A stretch of 64,000 bases of DNA from an uncultured Chlamydiae bacterium (GCA_963713615.1 CAVQMM010000001.1:3136001-3200000), one strand, 5' to 3'; positions 1 through 10,412 are shown, counted from the stretch's first letter. Notes: generated from the sequence alone by a model not told the origin. A program made the numbers and translations.

Positions 1-105
1 CAAGATGGCCAGGGGCATGAAAATTAAGGCGGCGAGCAAGAACTGAAACACGCCGACTACTTTACTCGATTGATGAACCGAGATCTGAGTGATTTGCTTT
101 TTCAT
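1..105 (-). CDS. 5' part of a small membrane protein (runs off window)
   Basis: Reads MKKQITQISVHQSSKVVGVFQFLLAALIFMPLAIL; GGAGG ribosome binding site just upstream. Confidence 0.6.
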   Translation of the reverse strand, partial: MKKQITQISVHQSSKVVGVFQFLLAALIFMPLAIL

Positions 106-354
106 TGTACCTCCAAGTACCTGCATGCCTGCAGGTCTTATTGCCTAAAGACCTTCTTACCGTTATTTCGCTTAGGATGCTTCACAGATGCCTGTGGATA
201 AGGCAAGCTGGAAATCCCTAGTGAAATTGGGAGCTTACCACTTCGCCTATTTGCCACAAATAAAAACTTTACAAATTGACAAGCCGGCTTTTTAGTGGGT
301 AGCAAATCAGCGGTTTGTTATACTTTGAGTCCTTTGATTAATGGGAAAAGAAAA

Positions 355-2013
355 ATGCGACGTTGTCTTGGCTGCCTGACGGTAGTTTTTACATTACTTT
401 GGCTTAGCCTGTTAGGCACCGATGAGGTGCCTCTCGTCCCTCACATCACCGTAGAAATACCGGTGCGTGATGGCGTTAAGCTGCCCACCGATATTTACTT
501 ACCTAGTGAAAATGCTCGGGGCTTGCCATGCATTCTTGTCAGAGCACCCAATGGTCGTAAATCACACTGGGCTTTGTATGCACCTTTAGCCAAAGAGGGC
601 TATGCTGTAGCTATCCAAGATACTCGCAGTTGTCTCGATCCTGAAGGCAAGTCGATGCCTTATATGACTGACGGATGGGGGCAACTTCAGGATGGTTATG
701 ACACCGTTCAATGGCTAGCTACCAGTCCTTATACAAATGGCAAAATTGGCACTGTAGGGATCTCGGCTCAAGGGATCACGCAACTTTTGATGGCGCCCTC
801 TAACCCTCCGAACCTAGTCTGTCAGCATGTTGGTGTTGCAGCGGCGAGTATCTATGATCAAGCTCTGTATGCGGGTGGACAATTGCGCAAACAACAGGTG
901 GAAGGTTGGTTAGGGTATTATGCCCCACATCCTTCCGTTTTGCAATTCGTCATGGTTCAGCATACCTATAATGATTTTTGGAAGGAGTATGATACCGCTA
1001 AGGCTGCAGATCGCGTCCATGTTCCAGCCGTTCATCATGGCGGTTGGTATGACACCTTTTTACAGGGGACGATCGATGCATTTGTATCGAGACAAGAGCA
1101 TGGGGGTGAGGGTGCGCGTGGGCGTCAGAAGATGATCATAGGCCCTTGGACGCATTGGTGGCCTGATTCTCTTGCTTTGGGCGATTTCATTATTCCTGAT
1201 CTGGGCCAACATCCTCCAGTTGATTACTCTCCTAAGCGCTGGTTTGACTATCACCTCAAAGGCATTGAAAACGGCATAGATGATATTCCAACAGTAACCT
1301 ATTACGTGATGGGCCCTTTTGATGGGAGCCCCTCTAGCGGTAATGTGTGGCGTATTGCGGACACTTGGCCACCCAAAGCAAAGGCGACACCCTTCTTTCT
1401 TGCGGAATCTGGAAAGCTCCTGGAGTCTTTACCGGATACTGGCAAAGTAGCCTTTCAATATGACCCCGCGAACCCTACACCGACATTGGGTGGTCGCAAT
1501 CTTTTCCTAAAAGCGGGACCTTGCGATCAGCGCCCGATTGAAGGTCGTTCCGATGTTGTGGTTTTTAGTACTGAGCCATTGACAAAAGATGTCGAAGTAA
1601 CCGGACATGTTAGGGCGCAGATCCTTTTTGCTTCCGAGCAGCAAGATACCGATGTTGTTGTAAGACTATCCGATGTTTATCCCGACGGACGAAGTATATT
1701 GATAGTTGATGGCATCAGGCGTCTTGGGGACGTTGTGCCTCATGATTTTGCGGTGGGAAAGACGCAAGGGCCACGTCAGATTGATGTGGACTTATGGTCC
1801 ACAAGCATTGTATTTGCCAAAGGTCACCGTATTCGCATCTCTATTTCTAGTTCCAATTATCCGCGTTACGACAAAAATCCCAATGTTCCACGAGAGATGG
1901 TGGGCGCTGAGGCTCCCCAAGTGGCTAATAATTCCGTTTATTTTGGCGGGGTGCATGGATCACGGATCATCTTGCCCATCGTGATGCACGATCCTTTGGG
2001 CAATCGTCTTTAG
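355..2013 (+). CDS. CocE/NonD family hydrolase (peptidase S15 / X-Pro dipeptidyl-peptidase-like), exported
   Basis: RDGVKLPTDIYLP, DGYDTVQWL, GISAQG nucleophile motif, IIGPWTH, C-terminal SSSNYPRYD; ORF track starts at 295, ATG 355 gives a signal-like N-terminus. Confidence 0.85.
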   Translation: MRRCLGCLTVVFTLLWLSLLGTDEVPLVPHITVEIPVRDGVKLPTDIYLPSENARGLPCILVRAPNGRKSHWALYAPLAKEGYAVAIQDTRSCLDPEGKSMPYMTDGWGQLQDGYDTVQWLATSPYTNGKIGTVGISAQGITQLLMAPSNPPNLVCQHVGVAAASIYDQALYAGGQLRKQQVEGWLGYYAPHPSVLQFVMVQHTYNDFWKEYDTAKAADRVHVPAVHHGGWYDTFLQGTIDAFVSRQEHGGEGARGRQKMIIGPWTHWWPDSLALGDFIIPDLGQHPPVDYSPKRWFDYHLKGIENGIDDIPTVTYYVMGPFDGSPSSGNVWRIADTWPPKAKATPFFLAESGKLLESLPDTGKVAFQYDPANPTPTLGGRNLFLKAGPCDQRPIEGRSDVVVFSTEPLTKDVEVTGHVRAQILFASEQQDTDVVVRLSDVYPDGRSILIVDGIRRLGDVVPHDFAVGKTQGPRQIDVDLWSTSIVFAKGHRIRISISSSNYPRYDKNPNVPREMVGAEAPQVANNSVYFGGVHGSRIILPIVMHDPLGNRL

Positions 2014-2060
2014 CACAGGATCATTGCGAAAAAAGAATTTGCCTGCTTTGATAGCGAAGC

Positions 2061-2750
2061 ATGAAGGTAATTATTTTGGCGGCTGGGATTGGAAGCCGGC
2101 TCGGAGTCGAGGATATCCCCAAGGCATTAACCCGGTTAGTCAACGGAAAGTCCATTTTGGAGTTTCAGCTTGACAGCCTAGCCCACTACCTAAGCTTGGG
2201 TGATGTCAGCATTGTGGTCGGTTTTCATGAAGACAAAATCATGACCCGCTTTCCCAACCTAGTATATGTACACAATCCACACTTCACTTCCGAAAATACA
2301 GCTAAGAGCCTCTTAAGGGGATTGGCAAACATCGAAAATGAGGATGTCCTTTGGTTGAATGGGGATGTTGTTTTTCGTCACGAGATCTTAGAACCTCTTC
2401 TGACCGATCGTAAAAATGCCATGATTGTTAACACGGCTGTTGTGGGGGAAGAAGAGGTCAAATATCAGGTTGATGACCTTGGTCATATTCTGGAGGTCTC
2501 CAAGCAAGTCAGCGATCCCGCTGGCGAAGCATTAGGAATCAACTTCTTTAGCGCCAAGGATTTGCATTTGCTCAAAGAAGCTCTAGGAGAATGTGGGAAC
2601 ACTGACTATTTTGAAAGAGCCGTACAAAGCAGCATTGATGCCGGTGTTGAAGTATGGGCATCACCTATTAGTCCAGAACTCTGTGTCGAGGTAGATTTTC
2701 CAGAGGACCTCGAGCGCGCAAATAGCATCATTAAGTCGTGGCCGACATAA
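2061..2750 (+). CDS. NTP transferase, phosphocholine cytidylyltransferase (LicC)-like
   Basis: ILAAGIGSRL...PKAL, LNGDV, EVDFPEDL motifs. Confidence 0.8.
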   Translation: MKVIILAAGIGSRLGVEDIPKALTRLVNGKSILEFQLDSLAHYLSLGDVSIVVGFHEDKIMTRFPNLVYVHNPHFTSENTAKSLLRGLANIENEDVLWLNGDVVFRHEILEPLLTDRKNAMIVNTAVVGEEEVKYQVDDLGHILEVSKQVSDPAGEALGINFFSAKDLHLLKEALGECGNTDYFERAVQSSIDAGVEVWASPISPELCVEVDFPEDLERANSIIKSWPT

Positions 2751-2758
2751 CCCCCTCT

Positions 2759-3600
2759 ATGGACGAAAGGACCAAAGCGACGAAAAGGACATAAAGAGGT
2801 AATTGCAAAATTATTTGAGCCCTTGAGAATCGATTCTCAGAAAAAAAGGTTACCTTTTTTTGTGAGAAGGCGATTCTAGAGAGCTTAAGTGGTATGGCAC
2901 TATCCAGTCTGGAAAGACAGGCTTTTCTCCCTTCCCAGGCCCGAAGGGTCGATATTGCAACAGGCCATGGCATCGCCATGGTATATGCCAGGAAGGGATT
3001 TCGCAGTCTGAAGGACTGCTACAAGACGCCAGTTTACAAACACCATTTAGGCATGCGCTTTATGGCAGCCCTACAGGCTGCTAAAACCGTTTTGGCATAT
3101 ACCATGGCGATGCCACATAGGCCTCAACCTAACAGGTCTTTTGAGCTTATATCTCAATGACTTAGGACTTCACAATCGTATCTCGGCGCGCAGCGCTTTG
3201 GAGTGCGGTCGCTTGCGACCGCTTTGGGTTCCTTGCGACGGTCGTGTGCAACGGCATCACTATAATTCCCTAAGGGTAAAATAGTTAGTACATGCAGCCT
3301 TCGACGAATCCATACAATGCCGTTTAGCATTGCCGTCCCAAGGAACGAAAAGCGGTCGCAAGCGACCGCACTCCAAAGCGCTGCGCGCCGAGATACGATT
3401 GTGAAGTCCTAAGTCATTGAGATATAAGCTCAAAAGACCTGTTAGGTTGAGGCCTATGTGGCGATGCCATGGCCTGTTGCAATATCGACCCTTCGGGCCT
3501 GGGAAGGGAATGACTCTCTCTTCACCGGCATCCGATTTTCAGGAAATTGACTTCGGAGAATCGGACTTCTGCAATTACCTCTTTTGGTCCTTTCGTCCAT
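2759..3600. repeat. Nested palindromic repeat element, copy A
   Basis: At least four concentric inverted-repeat layers between convergent genes; inverted relative at 40613-41480. Confidence 0.9.
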
Positions 3601-3608
3601 GGAAGCAA

Positions 3609-6600
3609 TCAACTTCTTTCTGCCTGACGTTTGAGCTCCCTCCATTTGGCTGCGACGCTAGTGGCTAGGGGGAGGGCATTGCGCCCAACGGCTCCATAGC
3701 GAAGATAGACAATCACGACGAGTTCGGGCCGTCCAAACTCATCCTTAAATAACATTTCATGCGTAGAGCCCTTGTCGAAAGCAACCGATCCAAACCATAC
3801 GTGGTTATATGTCCGTGTGCCGACCTGTCGATCTGGTCCAAAGTTTTCCATACTTTCCGCTGTACTGGTCTTTCCGATCATCTGACCGGTGAGCTCCACA
3901 ACAGATTCGATCATGCCTGGACACTTACCATAAAGCTCTCTAAGGCTACTAAGGGTCTTTGTCTGGTACCGGTATGCTACGCGGTACATTCCTTCGAAAA
4001 GCATACTGCGAATCAAGGAAGGGACCATGACGTGCCTTTCAACGATGCTAGGAGGTGTTTCAGTGCGGCTTTCCCTGATTCTTTGAGCACTTGCTACGAA
4101 AAAGGGAAAGTCGATACCCGCTGCGAGAAGGCTATCACGATAGTCAAGTCCGCGTCGCGTTGATAGACAAAAATTTCGCGGTTGTGCGGTGCCTATGATG
4201 TTGCTAACGATCTTAGGTTGGAATACCTGTCCGCCGTTGGCTAATGTAGCGAGCATGACAGCAGTTTGTAAGGGGGTGACGACTAGGCTATGCTGGCCAA
4301 TAGCCAACATGTAGAGGCCATCGCGATTGTATGCGAGGTCGGTGGGGACGCGGCCCGTGATTTCGCCAGGCAGCTGAATTCCTGTGCGTGCCCCATAGGA
4401 TAGTGAGTGAGCAGCATAAGCCAGATCATCAGGATTGGCCATCAGATCGCTGGTAAGGAGGGCAAAATAGGAGTTACTGGAAACTTCGATGGCGCGAGCA
4501 AGGTCGATCTCCCCTATATTGCGCGTGAGAGTTTTGGGGAGAAGACCTCCCTTATAAAATTGAGGAATGGGCTGCCCCGTCATCGTATATCCTACGATCC
4601 AGTTCTTACCAGTCTTTACAGGCTGGTCTATGATTCGCAAAGGATTAAGCTTGCTAAGATCCTGCCCACAGGCTTTAAGAGCTATGTAGCGCTGCACTAA
4701 CGCTTCGTAAGCGGTGACAATTTTAAAGATCGATCCCTGCGGTGTGGCCTGACGAAAGGCTAGCGACCGGCCGTAGCCAAAACCGTAGGTTGGATAAAAA
4801 GCTGCCGCTAAACTGCGCTCTAACTGCTGTCCTTTTTCCCAACGAAGCTGACGGTAGCGTCCGAATAAGGGACGATTCAACTCTTTGTAAGAACGCATTG
4901 TTTCCACAAAGCTTTTGGCAGAAGAATCATCGAGATGAGCTAGACCGTCCTGAAGGATGAGATAGTCACCTATCCAAGGTAAAGCGCTATGGGCTCCGTG
5001 GGCTATTTCTCGTTGCCAGCTCTCGAAATACTGCTGAAAAGGGGCCAACTGGGGCTCTATGCGATCACTAAGGCGACCTCGCAGAAACAACAGGACTAAA
5101 TCGGGTCCATGTTCCTGCCAAAAGCTTTGGAACAGTTCATTTTCTTTGGCGTCAAGCAGTTCAGTATAGGGTTTGGCATAACGGCTTGCTAATGTTTCTT
5201 CGCGTCGCTTTTGTTTTAAAAAGGCCTTTTCGTTTCCTTTACGCCATTCTTTGAAAGTGACGCCATGAAAAAGATCTCGCGACATCTGGTGCACAGCTTC
5301 CTGTACATTGATCGTCGCTTGGTTAAGACGGCGATAAACAGATATGGGCTGATCACCAACCTTAGCTAGGAGGTTACTAGAGAAACGATCACCATCGACA
5401 GCAACGCGACATAAGTCCACGAGCAGGACTTTGTCATAGGTATGTTTGACGCCTGTTAGGTAGGGATCCATCTGAAGCTTAATGAACTCTATTTCTTCTG
5501 CAGCAACATTGAGGTTACCCTCAATGCGTTCGCGTTCGGCCGCAGGTAAGGGGCTCTTCTGAGGTTGATGCCCTTCTTCTTGGTAAAGAAGATTGAAAAG
5601 GTACGCAAGGTCGGCGTGGCCAGCTGCAGCTACCAGCTTGTTGACAGCGTTTTGCAAGACTATTGCTCCCTCGATATCGACAATCCCCTGCATTCCCTTC
5701 ATGACATCGCCTTTTTCGAAAAGCGAGAGGTCTAAGTAGCGTTCCCAACTCAGGGGTACTTCCTCCTCGTAAAAACCTTTCCGATGGTCGAAGTGCTCAC
5801 GGCTTAAGGGACGCTTGCCATCCCACATTTCCCCTATATAGGAGTCTGTCTCAAACCAGCGGCGCACATTGGCTCTGCGAGCCTTGTCAACGCTGGGATC
5901 TCCAGAAGTCACAAAGTCATTGGGATCAAAGCGAGGATAGGATGCCAAGGCAATCACCTCGCCATTGTTGGGATTCAGAGCTACAATAGCCCCACCTTTA
6001 ATCCAAGGGGACTTTGCGGGTGGTTCATTCTCGTCGTTACGGTCTGGCTTAGCAACTCGTGTTGTTCTTAAATCTTCGTCCTGGGTCAATAGCTGTTCGG
6101 CATATTCTTGTAGCTGTGCAGAGAGTGTCAATACAATGCTACGGCCAGGGATTGGCTTGCGTGGTCCTGGTAGTTCGCGAAGGTAGTTGCCTTTTGAGTC
6201 GACAAAATACCGTTTTTTTCCGTGGTAGCCACGCAGGTCTTCCTCGAACTGCGCCTCGATGCCTGATTTACCAATATAGTCATTGATAGCATAGGAGCGC
6301 TCTTCGATTTCGCGCAGCCTAGCGCGCACTTGCTCGGTGGAGACAAAGCCATCGGGCAGGTCGGGGTCTTGGCCGGCATCGTGTTGGCGCAGGAACGTTT
6401 GGAGGGCCTTTCTCTCTTGAATGAGAGCTTGATAGGTATCAGCGTCAATAGCACCCATATACCCAACAACATCAGCGCCAACTTTATTGTATGGATAGTA
6501 ACGTTTAGGTACGCGCTCAGCTTGCAGACCGACCCAAGTGGCTTCACGCATTTTTAGGCGGTAGTATTCCTGTTCGCTGATGTCCTTTTTTATGATGTAG

Positions 6601-7019
6601 GAAGTATGGTCATAAAAGGCAGCTTCAGCATGAATGCGATCTTCCAGCTCATCAGCATTGAGGTTAAGTTCGGTTGCCAGCAATTCCGAAAGTTTGCGTA
6701 TGTGTTCTCGGCGTTGTTTGCGGCTAGTGATGTTCAGAATTTGCGAGTAGCTCACGGCAGCATTGTACTGAATTTTGTTGATCGCAAGAGGTAGCCCAAA
6801 CCGGTCTCGGATGGTGGCACGTCGCGCCGGTTCGATAACGACACGACGTGTGGGTGCTTGGGCAGCTTGAAGCTTTACGTCGTGTTCGATGATGCTCAGA
6901 TGCCATACGCGCAGTACAATCAAAAGCAACCCAACCAAGATGATGTTGAGGATGCGGTTAGCCTTCCCTGGGACGTTGAGGCCGTTATCGCGGCGGGATG
7001 AGTGTCGGGAACGAATCAT
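3609..7019 (-). CDS. pbp2: Chlamydial-type penicillin-binding protein 2 (class B transpeptidase)
   Basis: N-terminal TM, dimerization domain (RATIRDRFG, GKSGIE), SIFK/SSN/KTS motifs, large chlamydial insertions, next to rpsB. Confidence 0.85.
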   Translation of the reverse strand: MIRSRHSSRRDNGLNVPGKANRILNIILVGLLLIVLRVWHLSIIEHDVKLQAAQAPTRRVVIEPARRATIRDRFGLPLAINKIQYNAAVSYSQILNITSRKQRREHIRKLSELLATELNLNADELEDRIHAEAAFYDHTSYIIKKDISEQEYYRLKMREATWVGLQAERVPKRYYPYNKVGADVVGYMGAIDADTYQALIQERKALQTFLRQHDAGQDPDLPDGFVSTEQVRARLREIEERSYAINDYIGKSGIEAQFEEDLRGYHGKKRYFVDSKGNYLRELPGPRKPIPGRSIVLTLSAQLQEYAEQLLTQDEDLRTTRVAKPDRNDENEPPAKSPWIKGGAIVALNPNNGEVIALASYPRFDPNDFVTSGDPSVDKARRANVRRWFETDSYIGEMWDGKRPLSREHFDHRKGFYEEEVPLSWERYLDLSLFEKGDVMKGMQGIVDIEGAIVLQNAVNKLVAAAGHADLAYLFNLLYQEEGHQPQKSPLPAAERERIEGNLNVAAEEIEFIKLQMDPYLTGVKHTYDKVLLVDLCRVAVDGDRFSSNLLAKVGDQPISVYRRLNQATINVQEAVHQMSRDLFHGVTFKEWRKGNEKAFLKQKRREETLASRYAKPYTELLDAKENELFQSFWQEHGPDLVLLFLRGRLSDRIEPQLAPFQQYFESWQREIAHGAHSALPWIGDYLILQDGLAHLDDSSAKSFVETMRSYKELNRPLFGRYRQLRWEKGQQLERSLAAAFYPTYGFGYGRSLAFRQATPQGSIFKIVTAYEALVQRYIALKACGQDLSKLNPLRIIDQPVKTGKNWIVGYTMTGQPIPQFYKGGLLPKTLTRNIGEIDLARAIEVSSNSYFALLTSDLMANPDDLAYAAHSLSYGARTGIQLPGEITGRVPTDLAYNRDGLYMLAIGQHSLVVTPLQTAVMLATLANGGQVFQPKIVSNIIGTAQPRNFCLSTRRGLDYRDSLLAAGIDFPFFVASAQRIRESRTETPPSIVERHVMVPSLIRSMLFEGMYRVAYRYQTKTLSSLRELYGKCPGMIESVVELTGQMIGKTSTAESMENFGPDRQVGTRTYNHVWFGSVAFDKGSTHEMLFKDEFGRPELVVIVYLRYGAVGRNALPLATSVAAKWRELKRQAERS

Positions 7020-7123
7020 TGATGGTACGTAGAGTTTCGGTGAAGCAGCGAGGATTACAGATAACTAGATTACCGCGACTAGGAAAAATTGACCATACCG
7101 ATTAGCAGTATCCGGCTAAGAGC

Positions 7124-7190
7124 TTAGGAATTTTCACCGCCGAGGCGCCGAGACACCGAGATAGGAAAGAGAGGAGAGGGAGGGAGGATT
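7124..7190. repeat. Solo arm of the TTAGGATTTTACC..GAGATAGGAGAG repeat family
   Basis: Matches the left arms of the elements at 28927, 50361, 56406 and 61452. Confidence 0.6.
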
Positions 7191-7202
7191 ACATCGGGCA
7201 TC

Positions 7203-7231
7203 TAGACAAGAATGCACGACATAGGTATGAT
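7203..7231 (+). promoter_or_regulatory. Sigma66/sigma70-type promoter for tRNA-Gly/rpsB
   Basis: TAGACA-N17-TATGAT 15 bp before the tRNA. Confidence 0.55.
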
Positions 7232-7246
7232 ATTTTATCATTACGT

Positions 7247-7317
7247 GCGCCTGTAGTTCAATGGTAGAACAGTAGCCTTCCAAGCTACGAGTGTCAGTTC
7301 GATTCTGATCAGGCGCT
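7247..7317 (+). tRNA. tRNA-Gly(TCC)
   Basis: Cloverleaf GCGCCTG/CAGGCGC, anticodon arm GTAGC-CTTCCAA-GCTAC, TTCGA T-loop. Confidence 0.95.
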
Positions 7318-7398
7318 ATTTCATGAACCTAAATTAACCAAGACCGAAATCTCGCCCTCATGGCAGGATGCCGTCGTCAAAAAATAAAGGGACAAGGC

Positions 7399-8212
7399 TT
7401 GGCACAGCAACAAACAACATCAAGAAGTTACCATTAAAGATCTTTTAGAAGCTGGTGCTCATTTTGGGCACCAAACACGCCGTTGGAATCCGAAGATGAA
7501 GCGTTTCATCTTTGAAGAACGCAACGGTATATACATCATCGACCTAGCAAAAACATTGCAACAGATTGCGCAAAGGCATCGAAGTTGTAAAAGAAGTCGT
7601 GGCAAGACATCAATCGATCCTCTTTGTCGGCACAAAGAAGCAAGCTAAAGCTGTTGTGCGTGAATGCGCCGAACAGCTGCGGCGAATTTCTACGTGTGCG
7701 AACGTTGGTTCGGCGGGATGTTGACAAACCTGTCAGACGATCCGCCAATCGATCAAAAAACTGGAGCGTATCGAAAAGCGTATCGCCAGCAGCGAAGATG
7801 GCCTCACCAAGAAAGAACTTTCGCTTCTCACCAAAGATCAAATTAAGCTCGACAAAAACTTGTCAGGCGTCCGCGGCATGCGCAAGCTGCCTGGCCTTCT
7901 CATTGTCGTCGACCCAGGCAAAGAACACATCGCTGTTGCAGAAGCTAATAAGTTGGGCATTCCTGTCATGGGCTTGGTCGATACGAATTGCGATCCAGAC
8001 CCCATTAGTATGTCATCGCCTGTAACGACGATGCCCTCAAGAGCATTAAACTGATTCTGTCCGCCCTAGCGAGCGCTATCCTAGAAAAGAAAAAAGAACT
8101 ACGTGTTCTAGGCGAAAAAGCTGATGACTCCGAAGAAGGTTTGAGTGCGGAGTTTGCCGAGAAATTCCAGGAATCCGAAGGCGCTGCTATCGAAGGTAAG
8201 GGGGATAATTAA
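7399..8212 (+). CDS. rpsB: 30S ribosomal protein S2, broken by about six single-base indels in this sequence
   Basis: [58 protein letters not shown] found across shifting frames; directly upstream of tsf. Confidence 0.9.
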
Positions 8213-8214
8213 TT

Positions 8215-9063
8215 ATGGCTGAAGTGACGACTGCAATGATCCAAGAACTACGTGAACGCACTGGCGTTGGCGTAGGCAAGTGTAAAGAAGCCCTTGTTGA
8301 AGCTCAGGGTAATGTTGAAGATGCCATTGCTATTCTCCGTAAGTCCGGCATGGCCTCTGCAGTGAAGAAGGCAGGACGCCAAACAAACGAAGGGATGATT
8401 GCTACCGCTGAGTCCAACGACAACGTCGCCGTTCTCGAGGTGAATAGTGAAACTGACTTCGTTGTTCAGAATGCACGTTTTCAACAATTCCTACGCGATA
8501 TGACACAAGAAGTGTTACAGACAAGCCCCAGCTCGCTGGAGTCATTCTTGCAGCAGAAATACTCCAAAGAACACGATCTAACGATTGACGAATATCGCGC
8601 TACGATCGTGCAGACCATCGGAGAAAATATTCAGATCCGTCGCCTGAAGCTCATTCCAAAAAGCGCCACCAGGTCGGTAGGGGTCTATTCTCACCTCAAT
8701 GGCAAGATTGTCGTCGTGGTAGAGCTAGAAGGTGCCTCTGGGGAAGAGCAGCTCGCTAAAGACATCGCCATGCATGCAGCAGCAGCCTCTCCCGATTATC
8801 TATCGCCCGAGACTGTGCCTGCTGATGTCATTGCTAACGAGAAAGAGATTGCCAAAGGGCAGGTAGAAGGCAAGCCTGCTAATATCATCGACAAAATCGT
8901 TGAAGGCAAATTGAAGGCCTTTTACGATCAAGTTTGCTTGGTTAATCAACACTATATCAGAGATGATAAACTGACGATTACCGAGCTTGTGCAACAACGT
9001 GCTAAAGAGACTGGAAAGCCTTTAAAGCTCGTCGGCTTCATACGCTGGATGGTCGGGCAGTAG
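8215..9063 (+). CDS. tsf: Elongation factor Ts
   Basis: ELRERTG..CKEAL, NSETDFV, GENIQIRR. Confidence 0.97.
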   Translation: MAEVTTAMIQELRERTGVGVGKCKEALVEAQGNVEDAIAILRKSGMASAVKKAGRQTNEGMIATAESNDNVAVLEVNSETDFVVQNARFQQFLRDMTQEVLQTSPSSLESFLQQKYSKEHDLTIDEYRATIVQTIGENIQIRRLKLIPKSATRSVGVYSHLNGKIVVVVELEGASGEEQLAKDIAMHAAAASPDYLSPETVPADVIANEKEIAKGQVEGKPANIIDKIVEGKLKAFYDQVCLVNQHYIRDDKLTITELVQQRAKETGKPLKLVGFIRWMVGQ

Positions 9064-9089
9064 CCATCGCTTAGATTCTGTTAGGCTAT

Positions 9090-9119
9090 AAACCAATCCG
9101 CTTGCGGATTGGTTTTTTT
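9090..9119 (+). terminator. Rho-independent terminator between tsf and pyrH
   Basis: AAACCAATCCGC-TT-GCGGATTGGTTT hairpin followed by a T-run. Confidence 0.7.
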
Positions 9120-9126
9120 CTGCAAA

Positions 9127-9855
9127 ATGGAGGTAACTATTTCTTATAAACGTGTCTTACTTAAACTTTCTGGCGAAATGCTCACGGGGCCTGAGAAATT
9201 TGGCCTTTCTCATGAGGAATGCCTACGCACCGCTAAGGCTATTAAAGCCTTGTCGGATCAAGGTGTTCAGGTTGGCGTAGTCATAGGAGGGGGCAACATC
9301 CTTCGAGGTAGTAATTTAGCAGCCCTTGGCGTTCCACGGCCCGCAGCAGACCAAATGGGAATGTTAGCGACTATGATCAATGGTCTTGCTTTACAGCAAT
9401 CCCTCAATGGTCTCGGGTGCCCTACCAGGATTATGGGAGCTTTGGAGTGTCCCAGGGTTGTCGAAACCTTTACGTGGGCCCGTGCAATAGAATATCTTGA
9501 AGCAGGCTTTCCTGTCGTCTTTGTCGGTGGAACGGGTAACGCATTTTTTACCACCGATACCACGGCGGCTCTACGCGCTAGCGAAATTCAGGCTGATATC
9601 CTATTGAAAGCCACAAAGGTCAATGGAATCTACAACAAAGATCCCAATAAATATCCCGACGCCGTCAAATACGAGACTATTACCTACGGTCAAATGCTTG
9701 CAGAAAAACTAGAAGTGATGGATGCTACAGCTATTGCGATGTGCAGAAGTGGAAGCATTCCTATTCTCGTTTTCAACATGTCCAACCTTTTTGACGCAAA
9801 TGTGTTATCGCTTTTGTCACAGAAAAATATCGGAACTTTTGTAACCCCTGGGTGA
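9127..9855 (+). CDS. pyrH: UMP kinase
   Basis: YKRVLLKLSGE, GGGN, GMLAT, FFTTDT, VMDATA; start codon uncertain. Confidence 0.95.
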   Translation: MEVTISYKRVLLKLSGEMLTGPEKFGLSHEECLRTAKAIKALSDQGVQVGVVIGGGNILRGSNLAALGVPRPAADQMGMLATMINGLALQQSLNGLGCPTRIMGALECPRVVETFTWARAIEYLEAGFPVVFVGGTGNAFFTTDTTAALRASEIQADILLKATKVNGIYNKDPNKYPDAVKYETITYGQMLAEKLEVMDATAIAMCRSGSIPILVFNMSNLFDANVLSLLSQKNIGTFVTPG

Positions 9856-9860
9856 TGCGA

Positions 9861-10412
9861 ATGAGTACTCTAAAGAATGCTGAGGAGAAGATGCAAGCGG
9901 CTATAGAGCATCTTAAAATTGAACTAAAAAACCTGCGCACCGGACGTGCAACCCCAGGGATGCTCGATCACGTTAACGTTGAGGTTTACGGTACTCAAAT
10001 GCGCTTGCGCGATGTGGCATCCGTGACCGCTCCGGAACCACGTCAATTGGTGATCACCCCCTTCGATGTAAATAACGTCCACGCCGTTGGCAAAGGCATC
10101 GAAAAAGCTAACTTAGGATACCTTCCTATCGTTGATGGTAACGTCGTGCGCATCAATATTCCTCAGATGGACCAAGAGACGCGCAAAGAGATGGTCAAAA
10201 TAGCTCACAAGCGTTGTGAAGAGGCTAAAGTGGCCGTGCGACACGTTAGAAGAGAATTTATTGAAGAGGTACGCAAGCAGAAAAGCGACGGTGACATTAC
10301 TGAGGACGATTTAAAACGCATGGAAAAAGCCGTTCAGGATTCAACAGATAAGTTCTGCCATAAATCTGACGAGGTAACCCATGCAAAAGAAAAAGAGATC
10401 ATGACTATTTAA
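9861..10412 (+). CDS. frr: Ribosome recycling factor
   Basis: LRTGRATP, VAVRHVRR, KEKEIM; tsf-pyrH-frr order. Confidence 0.95.
   Translation: MSTLKNAEEKMQAAIEHLKIELKNLRTGRATPGMLDHVNVEVYGTQMRLRDVASVTAPEPRQLVITPFDVNNVHAVGKGIEKANLGYLPIVDGNVVRINIPQMDQETRKEMVKIAHKRCEEAKVAVRHVRREFIEEVRKQKSDGDITEDDLKRMEKAVQDSTDKFCHKSDEVTHAKEKEIMTI

Noticed and set aside
2731..3668. Short ORFs in this and other palindromic regions (40618-41416, 46754-47084, 50318-50579, 53003-53188)
   Set aside because: They arise from repeat sequence and are mirrored on both strands; no ribosome binding site or family support
7536..8054. Several small ORFs upstream of tsf
   Set aside because: Fragments and shadows of frameshifted rpsB
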